NCBI GenBank assembly: GCA_964397155.1 | Contig: CAYNHB010000001.1 | Span: forward strand, 2,093-66,092 | From: an uncultured Candidatus Saccharibacteria bacterium | Lineage (GTDB): Bacteria > Patescibacteriota > Minisyncoccia > Minisyncoccales > Staskawiczbacteraceae | Length of the DNA stretch: 64,000 nucleotides | Direction of reading: 5' to 3' | Shown here: in pieces, positions 15,917 through 26,365 of the stretch | Position numbering within the stretch: the stretch's first letter is position 1 | How the letters are laid out: every line of letters starts with the position of its first letter | Notes under the pieces: generated by a model | Told to the model about the DNA's origin: nothing | The model's database searches: none | Seen by the model: the letters and a program-made list of their open reading frames with translations, nothing else | Made by a program: the position numbers and the translations under genes

Positions 15917-17236
15917 ATGAAGACAAAAAGCACAGACGAAGTAAAAGAGTTATATAAATATTGGAGCAAAAGAATCTTTTGGAGCGTTTGGATAACTTAT
16001 GCCTGCTTTTATTTAGTAAGAGTGAATATGTCTATTGCCCTTCCTGGAATTATGTAGGAATTTGGGTTGTCAAAAACAGCAATGGGCGGTGTTTTGTCTG
16101 CCATGTTTTTTGCTTATGCTGTTGGGCAGTTTATCAATGGCCAGCTTGGCGACAAATTTGGAGGAAGAAAGCTGATAAGCATTGGTTTGATAGTTTCTGC
16201 AATTATTAACCTTGTGTTTGGTTTTACCCATGGAATTATTTCTGCAATGATGCTTTTGTGGGGTTTGAATGGATATTTCCAGAGCATGGGATGGAGCCCG
16301 AGCGTTAAAACAGTCGCAAACTGGTTTTCGCCAAGCAAAAGATCAAAATTCAGCAGCTTGCTAGGGACCTCATATCAAATAGGAAATGCTATATCATGGG
16401 CCCTTTCCGGGTTTATTGTGGGGCTGTTCGGATGGAGGTTTGCATTTATAATTCCTGGGGCAATATGTCTTTTTGTCGGCCTTCACTGGGCAATTCGCGG
16501 CAGAAACGCGCCCGAAGAAGTTGGACTGCCGACTGTGGAGGAAGAAGAAAAGGGAAAACTTGATGAAAAAGCAACAAGCATTGAAGTTAAAATTGAAGTC
16601 AAAACAGACCATCACATAGGATTTAAAGAAACTTTGAAAATGTGCCTTTTCAACAGAGGCGTTTGGATAGTTGCTCTTGGATTATTTTTTTTAAATGTTG
16701 TAAGATATGGATTTTTGGACTGGGCGCCAACTTATATGTTTGAAGTTCAGGGAGCAGCTATATCACTCGCAGCTTACAAGGCAATGGTTATGCCTATCGC
16801 GGGCTCGTTAGGAGCTTTATTTGCCGGCTGGGCATCTTATAAATATTTTAGAAACAGGAAAGCTCCGGTTTCAGCTGTGATGCTGTTTCTGCTTGGAATT
16901 TCTGCATGGCTTTATATGCAAATACCCGCAGGAGACTGGATGTTAAGCTTAATTTGTTTAATGTTTATCGGGTTCATGACATACGGGCCCCACGTAATGA
17001 TGGTAACATCAATGCCAATGGATTTTGGAACCAGAAAGGCGGCCGCTTCTGCAGCTGGATTTATAGATGGATGGGGTTATGTTGGAGCAGCATTAACTGG
17101 AGTTGCAAGCGGCTGGTTAATTGATGCGTTCAGCTGGGATGCTGCGTTTTATTTCTGGATATTATGCGCGTTTATAGCAGGAATTCTGATGTTGACTCTT
17201 TGGAAATACAAACCTAAAAAAGGAGAATATTGCTAA
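15917..17236 (+). pseudogene. GlpT/UhpC-family MFS organophosphate transporter interrupted by an in-frame TAG at codon 47
   Basis: ATG 15917 gives ...YACFYLVRVNMSIALPGIM, then TAG (16055-16057), then EFGLSKTAMG in the same frame as ORF 16067-17236. FQSMGW, WF...R, VRYG..DWAP motifs. Confidence 0.75.
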
Positions 17237-17264
17237 AAAAGAAAATTATTAAAAGATTTTTACT

Positions 17265-17732
17265 ATGAAAATAGTTTATGCGTATGTCGTAGCTGACTTG
17301 CTTCATGTGGGGCATGTTTTAGCATTAGAAAACGCTAAAAAATTAGCCGGGCCGGACAGCAAATTAATTGTTGGCGTTTTGACAGATGAAGCGACAATGC
17401 AAAAAAAATCAAAGCCAATTTTGTCTTTCAGCGAAAGAAGAAAATTAATTGAGTCCCTAAAGTGCGTTGATTGTGTCGTTGCCCAAAAACAATATAGCCC
17501 CAACCATAACATCCAAATTATAAAACCGGACATACTTATGGAAAGCGATAGCCACACAGATGAAGATTTAAAGGAAACCCAAAGGATTGCAGATGCTATA
17601 GGATGTAAGATTCAGATGATGCCTTATTTTTCCGATCAAAGTTCAACCAAAATTAAGAATAGTATTTCTGTAAATTGGGAGGATCCAAATCAGATTAAGA
17701 AAACTGAAAATGACGGACTATGGCATGAGTAA
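17265..17732 (+). CDS. Cytidylyltransferase (TagD-like HxGH family)
   Basis: ADLLHVGH, VGVLTDE, ER, KPD, QSSTKIK. Confidence 0.85.
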   Translation: MKIVYAYVVADLLHVGHVLALENAKKLAGPDSKLIVGVLTDEATMQKKSKPILSFSERRKLIESLKCVDCVVAQKQYSPNHNIQIIKPDILMESDSHTDEDLKETQRIADAIGCKIQMMPYFSDQSSTKIKNSISVNWEDPNQIKKTENDGLWHE

Positions 17733-17778
17733 AGTAAGTTGCTTTTTAAAAAGAGAATGCCGTTAAATTAATAGGTTG

Positions 17779-19026
17779 ATGAAGATTTGCAATATCAATT
17801 TAAGTAAAATTATAAAGCGAGCTTGCGGATTGCCTCTTTATTTGATTTATTGTCTTTCCTGTTTGGCGCCGAGGAGTAAAAGGATTTGGGTCTTTGGAAC
17901 AGAAAGGAATTTTACTGATAATTTTAAATATCTGTTTCTATATATTGCTAACAATAAAAAAGATAAAGTAAAAGCAGTATGGATTTCCCAAAGCAAAAAC
18001 CTTGCAAAACAGCTAAAAAAAGAAGATTATAATGCCTATTCGAATACATCCCTTAAAGGAATATATTATACCTTAAGAGCTAAATATTTTTTTGTTAATG
18101 AAAATTCTTCTGATATAAATTTTTGGCTTTCTGGAGGAACGAAAAAAATTGCCCTTTACCATGCCATGCCTTTTAAAAAAGTAGGGTATGACACAAAGAA
18201 AGGAAAACACAGCCATTTTTTACATCTCAAAGGGATTAAAAAAAATATATTTAGATTGCTCGCCCCATGGACGTTTGAAAAAAAAGATTTTATTATCGCC
18301 ACCTCGCCTATCTTTCAGAAAATAATGGCTTCATCTTTTTGCACTGACGAAAACAAAGTTATTATTACCGGCTCTCCGAGAAATGATATTTTTTTCAATG
18401 AAATTAAAAACTCTGAACTGGGTAATGATAAATCTATATTCTGGCAAATAAAGAATTTTAAAACTAAAGGCAAAAAGATTATATTCTATTTACCTACCTG
18501 GCGGGACACGGGAGGAGATCCATTAGAAGAAGCGAACATTAATTTTGATGCACTTAAAAAATTTTTAAATTTGAATAACGCTGTTTTTATAGCTAAGTTC
18601 CATATACGCGCAGATATAAACGAAGAAAACTGGCAAAAACTGAATTCTGAAGAATTTTTAATTTTGCCCAGCAATACTGATATTTACCAAATTCTTCCTA
18701 AGACCGATATTTTGATTACCGACTATTCTTCAGTATTTTTTGATTTTCTTTTGATAAACAGGCCAGTAATATTTTTCCCTTATGACTTTCAGAAATATAT
18801 TAGTAAAGACAGAGAATTATATTTTGATTATGATGAATTTACCCCCGGTCCGAAGGTTTATAACTTTAACGAGCTTTTAAGCCAGCTGGATCGCCTTTTA
18901 AAAGGAGAAGATGGCTATGAACAGCAAAGAGAAAAGATAAGAAGCCAATGTTTCAGCCATATTGACGGTAATTCATCTGAAAGAATTTTTAAGACAATTT
19001 ATAATGAAGCACAAATTAAAAAATAA
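17779..19026 (+). CDS. CDP-glycerol/ribitol phosphotransferase (TagB/TagF family)
   Basis: H..P.KK.G, TG.PRND, YLPTWRD, K.H, LITDYSSVFFDF, DGNSSERI. Confidence 0.9.
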   Translation: MKICNINLSKIIKRACGLPLYLIYCLSCLAPRSKRIWVFGTERNFTDNFKYLFLYIANNKKDKVKAVWISQSKNLAKQLKKEDYNAYSNTSLKGIYYTLRAKYFFVNENSSDINFWLSGGTKKIALYHAMPFKKVGYDTKKGKHSHFLHLKGIKKNIFRLLAPWTFEKKDFIIATSPIFQKIMASSFCTDENKVIITGSPRNDIFFNEIKNSELGNDKSIFWQIKNFKTKGKKIIFYLPTWRDTGGDPLEEANINFDALKKFLNLNNAVFIAKFHIRADINEENWQKLNSEEFLILPSNTDIYQILPKTDILITDYSSVFFDFLLINRPVIFFPYDFQKYISKDRELYFDYDEFTPGPKVYNFNELLSQLDRLLKGEDGYEQQREKIRSQCFSHIDGNSSERIFKTIYNEAQIKK

Positions 19027-19042
19027 TAATTAAAAGGTATTT

Positions 19043-19567
19043 ATGGATTGGGAATCATTTTATAAAACGGAGCATAATTTTAAAAATAGCACCTTTTCTG
19101 ACTTTGTTTTTGAACAAATCAAGGGTGATTCATTGGTTGAGCTTGGTTGCGGAGACGGGAGAGATTTAAAATTTTTTATTAAAAATGGAATTAATGCTTG
19201 TGGAATTGATAAGGCTTTTGAGGGAAGGAACATTACGAAACAAGACGTCTTAGATTTCATAAAGAACAATAATTCACCAGAATATGTTTATACAAGATTC
19301 TTCTGGCATATAGTCAACAGGGACATTCAGCTGGAGATATTAAAATGGGTTAAGGGAACATTGTTTATAGAAGCGAGAACAGCAGAAGATAGGCCGCTTA
19401 ATTTATTTACTAAGCATAAAAGATATTTAATAAACGTTTCACAATTAGTAAAAGACCTTAAAGACAATGGATTTCAAATAACATATTTGCACGAAGGAAG
19501 GGGACTTTCAGTATTAAAAGGAGAAGACCCGTACTTAGTGCGTATTGTAGCAAAAAAAGTAAATTAA
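19043..19567 (+). CDS. Class I SAM-dependent methyltransferase
   Basis: VELGCGDGRD, YTRFFWH, IEAR. Confidence 0.8.
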   Translation: MDWESFYKTEHNFKNSTFSDFVFEQIKGDSLVELGCGDGRDLKFFIKNGINACGIDKAFEGRNITKQDVLDFIKNNNSPEYVYTRFFWHIVNRDIQLEILKWVKGTLFIEARTAEDRPLNLFTKHKRYLINVSQLVKDLKDNGFQITYLHEGRGLSVLKGEDPYLVRIVAKKVN

Positions 19568-19574
19568 TTATATA

Positions 19575-20573
19575 ATGATTTTTGATAACAAAAAAATATT
19601 AATAACCGGCGGGGCTGGATCAGTGGGTCAGGCCCTAATAAAAGAGATATTAAAATACAGCGGAAATACCATCCGTGTTTTTGACATATCTGAAAATGAG
19701 ATATCCAAATTAAGGCATAATTTTATGGGAGAAAAAAGACTGCGTTATTTGATTGGCGATGTAAGGGACTTAAAGAGATTAGAATTAGCGATGGAAGGGA
19801 TTGATATTGTTATCCATTTAGCGGCGATGAAGCACGTATATACCTGCGAGTATAATCCTTTTGAAGCAATTAAAACAAATATAGACGGCCTGCAAAATGT
19901 TATAGATTGCGCCAGAAATGAGAATGTTGAGAAGGTGATTTTTACCAGCACTGATAAAGCAGCGCGCCCCTTAAGTGTGATGGGCATGACTAAGCTTATA
20001 GGCGAAAAACTTATTTCTTCTGCAAACTATTATAAGGGAAGTAGTACGACATCATTTGCTTCAGTGCGTTTTGGAAATGTGGCGGGGTCAAACGGATCTG
20101 TTGTGCCGATTTTTAAAAAACAAATTCTCAATAGCGAACCCTTGAGGATTACCGATATGAAAATGACCCGTTTTGTTATTACTATGCAAGAAGCGGTAAG
20201 TTTAATTTGCCAAGCCGTTCAGCTTATGCAGGGAGGAGAGGTATTTGTGTGGAAAATGAGAACATTAAAAATAACTGATTTGGCAGATTCAATGATAGGC
20301 AGATACGCAGGGGGCAGGCAGGTAGAAGTGGTTATCACCGGAAAAGTAGAGGGCGAAAAAATACATGAAGACATAATGTCATCAGAAGAGCTTTCCCGAT
20401 CGGTAGAGTTGGATAATCTTTATATTATTTTTCCAATGATTGATTACTCAAATATTAAAAGCAGATACCAGAACGCAAAGCCGGTTGAAAATCCGATTAT
20501 CGCTTCAAATATGGGGACTCACATGTCTTCAGACGAGATAAATAAATTATTAGGAGAAGAAAAAGATTTATGA
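19575..20573 (+). CDS. UDP-GlcNAc 4,6-dehydratase (PseB/CapD family)
   Basis: TGGAGSVG, AAMKHV, EYNPFEAIKTN, STDKA, RFGNV.GS.GSV, MTRF, GEK.HE. Confidence 0.88.
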   Translation: MIFDNKKILITGGAGSVGQALIKEILKYSGNTIRVFDISENEISKLRHNFMGEKRLRYLIGDVRDLKRLELAMEGIDIVIHLAAMKHVYTCEYNPFEAIKTNIDGLQNVIDCARNENVEKVIFTSTDKAARPLSVMGMTKLIGEKLISSANYYKGSSTTSFASVRFGNVAGSNGSVVPIFKKQILNSEPLRITDMKMTRFVITMQEAVSLICQAVQLMQGGEVFVWKMRTLKITDLADSMIGRYAGGRQVEVVITGKVEGEKIHEDIMSSEELSRSVELDNLYIIFPMIDYSNIKSRYQNAKPVENPIIASNMGTHMSSDEINKLLGEEKDL

Positions 20574-21991
20574 TAAAAGTTTTATTAATTGATCCGCCAT
20601 TCCCGGAAAGGCCCTGGGATATAAATTGGCTGACGCAGTTTCCGCCCAAGGGCTTGATGTACATTGCCGCCTACCTGCGCCAGGCCGGAGTTGATGTGGA
20701 TGTTTTAGATATAAAGCAACTGCAGTTTGAAAGGCCCTCGCTTCTTTCGCGTTCAATAAGCGAGATACAGCAATTTGTAAAATATTATGTAAAGGAGCAT
20801 AATCCGGAAATTATTGGAATAACATCAACAACAATATCATATATTCCGGCGACAAAAATAGCCAAAGCAGTAAAGGAAGCGGCTCCAAACGCAAAAGTAG
20901 TTATTGGGGGGGTGCACGTTACATTTACAGCTCACGAAACTTTAACGGAGTGCCCATGGATAGATGTTGTTGTAAGGGGAGAGGGAGAGCGCCCGATACT
21001 TGAACTTGCGCAAGGCAAGACGCTTGCGCAAGTTCAAGGCATTAGTTTTAGAGAAAATGGAGAGATAATCGATAACCCAATGGGCCCATTATTAAATCCT
21101 GAGGAAATTCCTGTGCCAGCATATGATATGCTTGATATGAAAAAATACGCTTATGTTGTTTTAATGTGCACTCGGGGCTGTCCTCATAATTGCACCTTTT
21201 GTGAATTGCCTCAGGTGCATGGGAAAGGGATCCGCTGCCGTTCTTCTGAGAGAGTTTCTGAAGAGTTAGAGCTTGCTCTTTCTTTAAATCCAAATCTTGA
21301 AATTAGGTATGAAGATGAATTTATGGGCTTGTTTCCAGAACGCACAAAACAGATTTTAGATTTAGTGAAGAACAAAAGAGTTGGCCAGTTCCGGGCTGCT
21401 ACCAGACCTGATGGGCTTACAGATGAAATACTCGTTAAATTAAAGGAAGCGGGTTGCACCAATCTTTACATTGGCATGGAATCGGGCTCAGATGAGGTTT
21501 TAAAATTTAATAAGCGAGCTGTTACAGTGTCAAAAATTTTAGAGATTGCTGAAATGTTTAAGAAAAACGAAATGCTTTTTCACTCCGGGTTTATTTTAGG
21601 GCTTCCGGGAGAGAATAAACAAACACTTGAACAAACATTAGATATTGCCCTAAAGTGTTGCGATGCCACATTTGAAACAGTAAAGAAAAATTTTAAAGAG
21701 TTTCTTAGAATAATGCCGTTCAAATTAATTGTGGAAAATTCAAGAGCGGAGTTTAACTTATTGGCTCCAAATCCAGGCACAGAAATATTCCAGAACCCAG
21801 GAAAATTCAGGTATAAAATATTTCATAAGAATTGGGAGCTTTATGACTGCAATACTTCGGTTGGGGAACCCTATGATGTGAGTGCTTTGGAAATTGAAGA
21901 ATTTAAGAAAAAAGCTTTTAAGGCTGTCCAAGATAAAATGAAAGCTTACGATTTGCCAGTAAATTGGTGGGATTATGGATATAAAGGATAA
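20570..21991 (+). CDS. Cobalamin-dependent radical SAM protein
   Basis: PPKGLMYIAA, IGGVHVT, RGEGE, TRGCPHNCTFC, GMESGS, GLPGE. Confidence 0.9.
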   Translation: MIKVLLIDPPFPERPWDINWLTQFPPKGLMYIAAYLRQAGVDVDVLDIKQLQFERPSLLSRSISEIQQFVKYYVKEHNPEIIGITSTTISYIPATKIAKAVKEAAPNAKVVIGGVHVTFTAHETLTECPWIDVVVRGEGERPILELAQGKTLAQVQGISFRENGEIIDNPMGPLLNPEEIPVPAYDMLDMKKYAYVVLMCTRGCPHNCTFCELPQVHGKGIRCRSSERVSEELELALSLNPNLEIRYEDEFMGLFPERTKQILDLVKNKRVGQFRAATRPDGLTDEILVKLKEAGCTNLYIGMESGSDEVLKFNKRAVTVSKILEIAEMFKKNEMLFHSGFILGLPGENKQTLEQTLDIALKCCDATFETVKKNFKEFLRIMPFKLIVENSRAEFNLLAPNPGTEIFQNPGKFRYKIFHKNWELYDCNTSVGEPYDVSALEIEEFKKKAFKAVQDKMKAYDLPVNWWDYGYKG

Positions 21992-22919
21992 AAAAATTTT
22001 AATAACCGGCGGGGCCGGGTTTATGGGTCGGTGGACTGCAAAAAATTTGGTTGAAAAAGGCCATAAAGTTTGGATTTTAGATAATCTTTCAAATGGTTTT
22101 GAAAAAAATATTGAAGAATTTAGAAGCAAACTGCAGGGCTTTGTAATAGGAGACGTAAAAGATAAGGAAGTTCTTTTAAAATTATTTGAAAATAATTTCG
22201 ATATATGTGTTCATTTTGCCGCAGCAATAGATGTGCAAGAAAGCATTGATGACCCTGAAAAAAATTTCAACGATAATTGCCTTGGCACTTTTAACATTTT
22301 AGAACAATGCAGAAAGCACAACACAAAACTAGTTTTTGCCAGCTCTGCCTTAGTTTATAAAACATCGGAGCCTGGCTGTTTGATAAAAGAGCAAGACCCT
22401 GTTTTTTCCTCTTGCCCGTATGTTGCAAACAAGCTTTACGGAGAAAATCTTGCCATAGCTTATTTAAAAACTTACAATTTGCCTGTTGTTATTTTAAGGC
22501 CTTTCAGCATTTATGGGCCTTTTCAGAGAAGCGATTCTGAAGGAGGAGTGATGAGTATATTTATTAATAAAAAGCTTAAAGGTGATCCGCTTTTGGTTTT
22601 TGGAACAGGAGAACAGGAAAGAGATTTCTTTTATATTGAAGATTGCGCTGAATTTATTGCCAGAGCTTGTTTTGAAGACAAAGCCATAGGAGAAATTTTT
22701 AACGCCGGTTATGGGAAGGGAATAAAGATAAAGGATTTAGCTAAAAAAATAGCCGGCAACGAAGCAGAAATAAAATTTATTGAGCACCACCATCCTCATG
22801 CTGAAATAATGAATATGGCAGCTGACTGGCAAAAAGCAAAAACAATTTTGAATTGGGAACCGACAATAACTTTAGAACAAGGAATAATAAAAACAACTCA
22901 ATGGCTAAAAAACCAATAA
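21975..22919 (+). CDS. NAD-dependent epimerase/dehydratase
   Basis: TGGAGFMG, SSALVY, Y...K, RPF.IYGP. Confidence 0.9.
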   Translation: MDIKDKKILITGGAGFMGRWTAKNLVEKGHKVWILDNLSNGFEKNIEEFRSKLQGFVIGDVKDKEVLLKLFENNFDICVHFAAAIDVQESIDDPEKNFNDNCLGTFNILEQCRKHNTKLVFASSALVYKTSEPGCLIKEQDPVFSSCPYVANKLYGENLAIAYLKTYNLPVVILRPFSIYGPFQRSDSEGGVMSIFINKKLKGDPLLVFGTGEQERDFFYIEDCAEFIARACFEDKAIGEIFNAGYGKGIKIKDLAKKIAGNEAEIKFIEHHHPHAEIMNMAADWQKAKTILNWEPTITLEQGIIKTTQWLKNQ

Positions 22920-24022
22920 TTCCATACGGGCATCAATGGATAGATGAAGCCGACGTTAAAGAAGTTGTTAAAGCTTTGAGCTCTGATTGGCTTACTCAGG
23001 GCCCGAAAGTTGAAGAATTTGAAAAAGCACTTGCAAAATATTGCGGGGCAAAGTATGCCGTGGCAGTTTCTTCGGGCACCACAGCCTTATACGCAGCTTA
23101 TAATGTAGCTGGAATAAAGCTGAGAGATGAAATAATAACAACGCCTTTGACTTTTGCAGCTACTTCTAATATGGCGGCAATCTTGGGAGCAAAGCCGGTT
23201 TTTGTTGATATTGAGAGCGAGACTTTGAATATTGACCCGGAAAAAATAGACCAGAAAATTACAAGCAAAACAAAAGCCATAGTAACAGTAGATTTTGCCG
23301 GGCATCCTGCAGATTACGATAAAATTTTAAAAGTTGCCAAAAAGCATAATTTGCTGGTTATAGAAGATGCCTGCCACGCTTTGGGAGCTGTATATAAGAA
23401 CAAAAGAGTCGGAAGCTTAACTGATATGGCGATTTTAAGTTTCCACCCTGTAAAAAATATTACTACTGGAGAAGGCGGAGCAATTTTAACCAATAATAAA
23501 AATTTTTATGAAAAGCTTAAAATTTTTAGGCATCACGGAACAGTTAAAAAATCAGAAAAAGGTAAATGGTATTATAAAATTGAAAACCCGGGCTTTAACT
23601 GCAGAATTACTGATTTTCAATGCGCTTTGGGCACGAGTCAGCTAAAAAAAATAGGTAAGTTTTTAAAAAGAAGAAAAAAAATTGTTTCAGAATATAATAA
23701 GGCATTTAAAAATATTAAAAAAATTATACTGCCTGTTGAAAAAAATTATGCGAAGTCAGCCTGGCACATATATCCTGTTCAAATAAACGGATTGAACAGA
23801 AGAAAGGTTTTTGAGACATTGCAAAAAAAAGGAATTGGCTGCCAGGTCCATTATATGCCTCTGCACTTGCATCCGTTTTACAAAAAAAAGTTTGGGTATA
23901 AAAAAGGAGATTTTCCAAGAGCTGAGAAGTATTATGAGAGAGCAATCACCTTGCCCTTATATCCTAAAATGACCAACAAAGACGTCCAATATGTAATTAA
24001 GTCAGTTAAAAAAATAATATGA
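22901..24022 (+). CDS. pseC: UDP-4-amino-4,6-dideoxy-HexNAc transaminase (PseC-like)
   Basis: IPYGHQWID, WLTQGP, EDACHALG, SFHPVKNITTGEGG, QVHY. Confidence 0.85.
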   Translation: MAKKPIIPYGHQWIDEADVKEVVKALSSDWLTQGPKVEEFEKALAKYCGAKYAVAVSSGTTALYAAYNVAGIKLRDEIITTPLTFAATSNMAAILGAKPVFVDIESETLNIDPEKIDQKITSKTKAIVTVDFAGHPADYDKILKVAKKHNLLVIEDACHALGAVYKNKRVGSLTDMAILSFHPVKNITTGEGGAILTNNKNFYEKLKIFRHHGTVKKSEKGKWYYKIENPGFNCRITDFQCALGTSQLKKIGKFLKRRKKIVSEYNKAFKNIKKIILPVEKNYAKSAWHIYPVQINGLNRRKVFETLQKKGIGCQVHYMPLHLHPFYKKKFGYKKGDFPRAEKYYERAITLPLYPKMTNKDVQYVIKSVKKII

Positions 24023-24759
24023 GAACTGAAAAAGAACAAAATCACTCTAAAGAATTAAACCAACACTTAAATAGCCTGATAGCTCAAGAGAATAAACCTG
24101 TAATAGATATTATTAATGATTTTCCCAAATATGCTTCACGACAGACCCTTTCTCGCTTTTTGGCGCAGCATGAGTTATTTAAGATGATTTTAGATGTTAA
24201 GGGCTCTATTGTGGAATGCGGGGTTTTCAGGGGGGCAGGACTAATGACTTGGGCAAAATTATCTGCAATATATGAACCAGTAAATTATCACCGTGAAATC
24301 ATTGGGTTTGATACTTTTGCTGGTTTTCCTGATGTTGATGCTAAAGATGAAGCAGAAAATAAAAATGTTGACGCAAAAAAGGGTGGTATATCTGCAGATT
24401 CATATGATGAATTAAAAAAAGCAATAGATTTGTATGATTCAAACCGGTTTCTTTCCCACATAGAGAAAGTTAAACTAATCAAGGGAGACTTTTCAAAAAC
24501 TGGTCCGGAATTTATTGAGAAAAATCAACACCTTATAATATCTTTATTGTATTTAGACTTTGATATTTATAAACCTACGAAAGAAGCTTTAAAATTATTT
24601 TTACCAAGAATGCCGCGTGGGTCGGTTTTAGTTCTTGACCAAATAAATAATCCCAGATGGCCTGGGGAAACAGCTGCTTTGCTAGAAGAATTGGATCTGA
24701 ATAAGTATGAAATTAAAAATTTTTACTATGAACCAGATATATCTTATGTTGTTATATAA
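24019..24759 (+). CDS. TylF/MycF-family O-methyltransferase-like protein
   Basis: VECGVFRG, GFDTFAGFP, LDFDIYKPT, WPGET. Confidence 0.8.
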   Translation: MRTEKEQNHSKELNQHLNSLIAQENKPVIDIINDFPKYASRQTLSRFLAQHELFKMILDVKGSIVECGVFRGAGLMTWAKLSAIYEPVNYHREIIGFDTFAGFPDVDAKDEAENKNVDAKKGGISADSYDELKKAIDLYDSNRFLSHIEKVKLIKGDFSKTGPEFIEKNQHLIISLLYLDFDIYKPTKEALKLFLPRMPRGSVLVLDQINNPRWPGETAALLEELDLNKYEIKNFYYEPDISYVVI

Positions 24760-24767
24760 AAAATTTT

Positions 24768-25136
24768 ATGTTTAAAGTAGGAATTGATTTGATAGAAGTC
24801 AAAAGGTTTAAAAACATATCCCAAAAAAAGAAATTTTTGGAAAATGTTTTTACAGAAAAAGAATTAAAGCATTGCAAAAAAAAACCGGCAGAATCTTTGG
24901 CTGGCCGGTTCGCTGCCAAAGAAGCGACAAGAAAAACAATTGAAGATAAAATTGCTTTTAATGAAATAGAAATAACAAACGATAAAAATGGCGCGCCAGA
25001 AGTTAAGTTTTTGAACAAAAGAATAGAAAAAAAATATAAATCAATAATTAGCATTTCGCACACTCGATCGATGGCCCAGGCAGTGTGCATTACTTTCAAA
25101 AATGAGCGTCAAAAAATGCATAGTATTAGACCTTGA
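24768..25136 (+). CDS. acpS: Holo-ACP synthase
   Basis: GIDLIEV.RF, FT..E, LAGRFAAKEA..K, GAP, SISH. Confidence 0.92.
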   Translation: MFKVGIDLIEVKRFKNISQKKKFLENVFTEKELKHCKKKPAESLAGRFAAKEATRKTIEDKIAFNEIEITNDKNGAPEVKFLNKRIEKKYKSIISISHTRSMAQAVCITFKNERQKMHSIRP

Positions 25137-26148
25137 TAACACCCTTTGGGGCGGTATTGTGGGAGAGGACGGCTTTGAGGGAATTGAGTTATCTCTTGAT
25201 AAAGGGGCAGGTTTTATTGCTTTTCAGCAGGCTTTGTTGGATTTATATAACAAAGGAATAATTTTAGCTATTAATAGCCGAAATAATCATGAAGATGCCA
25301 TAAAAGTTATTAAAACTCACCCAAATATGATTTTGAGAGAAAACAATTTTGCCGCTGCGAGGATTAATTGGAATGATAAGGCAGACAATTTGAAAGAATT
25401 GGCAAAAGAAATAAATATCGGGCTTGATTCAATGGTATTTTTGGATGATGACCCGACAAATAGGGCGCTGGTCAAAGCAATTTTGCCAGAGGTTGAAACT
25501 CCAGAAATGCCCTCTGATCCTTCAGATTACGTAAAGTTTTTAATTCAGCTTCCATATTTTGATTTAGCTGCTCTGACAAATGAAGACAAAATGAGGGGGA
25601 ATTTTTATGTCACCGAAAGATTGCGCCGCGAGTCTGAAAAAATTTTTAATAACAGAGAGGATTTTTTAAAAAGCTTAAAAATGGAGATGCAGATATTCGA
25701 GGATGATCCGTCTCAGCTGGCGCGCTTAGCCCAGCTTACCAACAAAACCAATCAGTTCAATTTTAACAAGCGCGAGCTGTTAGAAAAAGATATTGCAGAT
25801 TTTATAAATAGCAAAGACTATAGGGTATTTTACGGCAGGTTAATAGATTGTTTTGGGGATTACGGAATAATTGGTTTTGCTGTTGTAAAAAAGGGTGAAG
25901 AATCCTGGCAAATTGAGCAATTTTTAATGAGTTGCAGGGCTATTGGGCGGGGGGCTGAGGAGGCATTTTTAGCAGCCATAGCAAAAACCGCAAAAAGCAG
26001 CCAAGCCAAAAGCTTATCAATAACATTTGTCCAAACCCTCAAAAACGAACCGGCAAAAGATTTTTTAGAAAAATACTTTAAAGATAATCCGGTGCTAATT
26101 GATAATATTGTTAATTCGCCGTCTTGGATAAAAAATGGAAAAATTTAA
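25102..26148 (+). CDS. FkbH-like HAD phosphatase / glyceryl transferase
   Basis: LDLDNTLWGG..GEDG, INW..K, FLDD, QLTNKTNQFN, FGDYG, LMSCRAIGR. Confidence 0.9.
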   Translation: MSVKKCIVLDLDNTLWGGIVGEDGFEGIELSLDKGAGFIAFQQALLDLYNKGIILAINSRNNHEDAIKVIKTHPNMILRENNFAAARINWNDKADNLKELAKEINIGLDSMVFLDDDPTNRALVKAILPEVETPEMPSDPSDYVKFLIQLPYFDLAALTNEDKMRGNFYVTERLRRESEKIFNNREDFLKSLKMEMQIFEDDPSQLARLAQLTNKTNQFNFNKRELLEKDIADFINSKDYRVFYGRLIDCFGDYGIIGFAVVKKGEESWQIEQFLMSCRAIGRGAEEAFLAAIAKTAKSSQAKSLSITFVQTLKNEPAKDFLEKYFKDNPVLIDNIVNSPSWIKNGKI

Positions 26149-26365
26149 TAAAATAATTTTTGATATCTTTAAATTAACGCCGGCTAAGATTAAAGATTCC
26201 CTGACGTTAGAAGAAATTCCCGATTGGGATTCTATGAATTATTTACTGCTTATTTCTGAATTAGAAAAGCAATTTAAAGTATCTTTTAACATGGACCAGG
26301 TACTAAAGGCTAAATCTTTGGGCGATGTTAAAAATATGCTTCGTTCAAAAGGCATAGAATTATGA
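26135..26365 (+). CDS. Acyl carrier protein
   Basis: 76 aa with the WDSM phosphopantetheine serine and LE..F. Confidence 0.85.
   Translation: MEKFNKIIFDIFKLTPAKIKDSLTLEEIPDWDSMNYLLLISELEKQFKVSFNMDQVLKAKSLGDVKNMLRSKGIEL

Noticed and set aside
16055-16057. TAG recoding or an alternative genetic code
   Set aside because: TAG is a normal stop for several genes (ends at 15869, 43025, 56990, 63725), TGA also terminates genes, and no pyl genes are visible.
17265-17732. De novo phosphonate biosynthesis cluster
   Set aside because: No PEP mutase (EDK-X5-NS motif) or phosphonopyruvate decarboxylase in the window.
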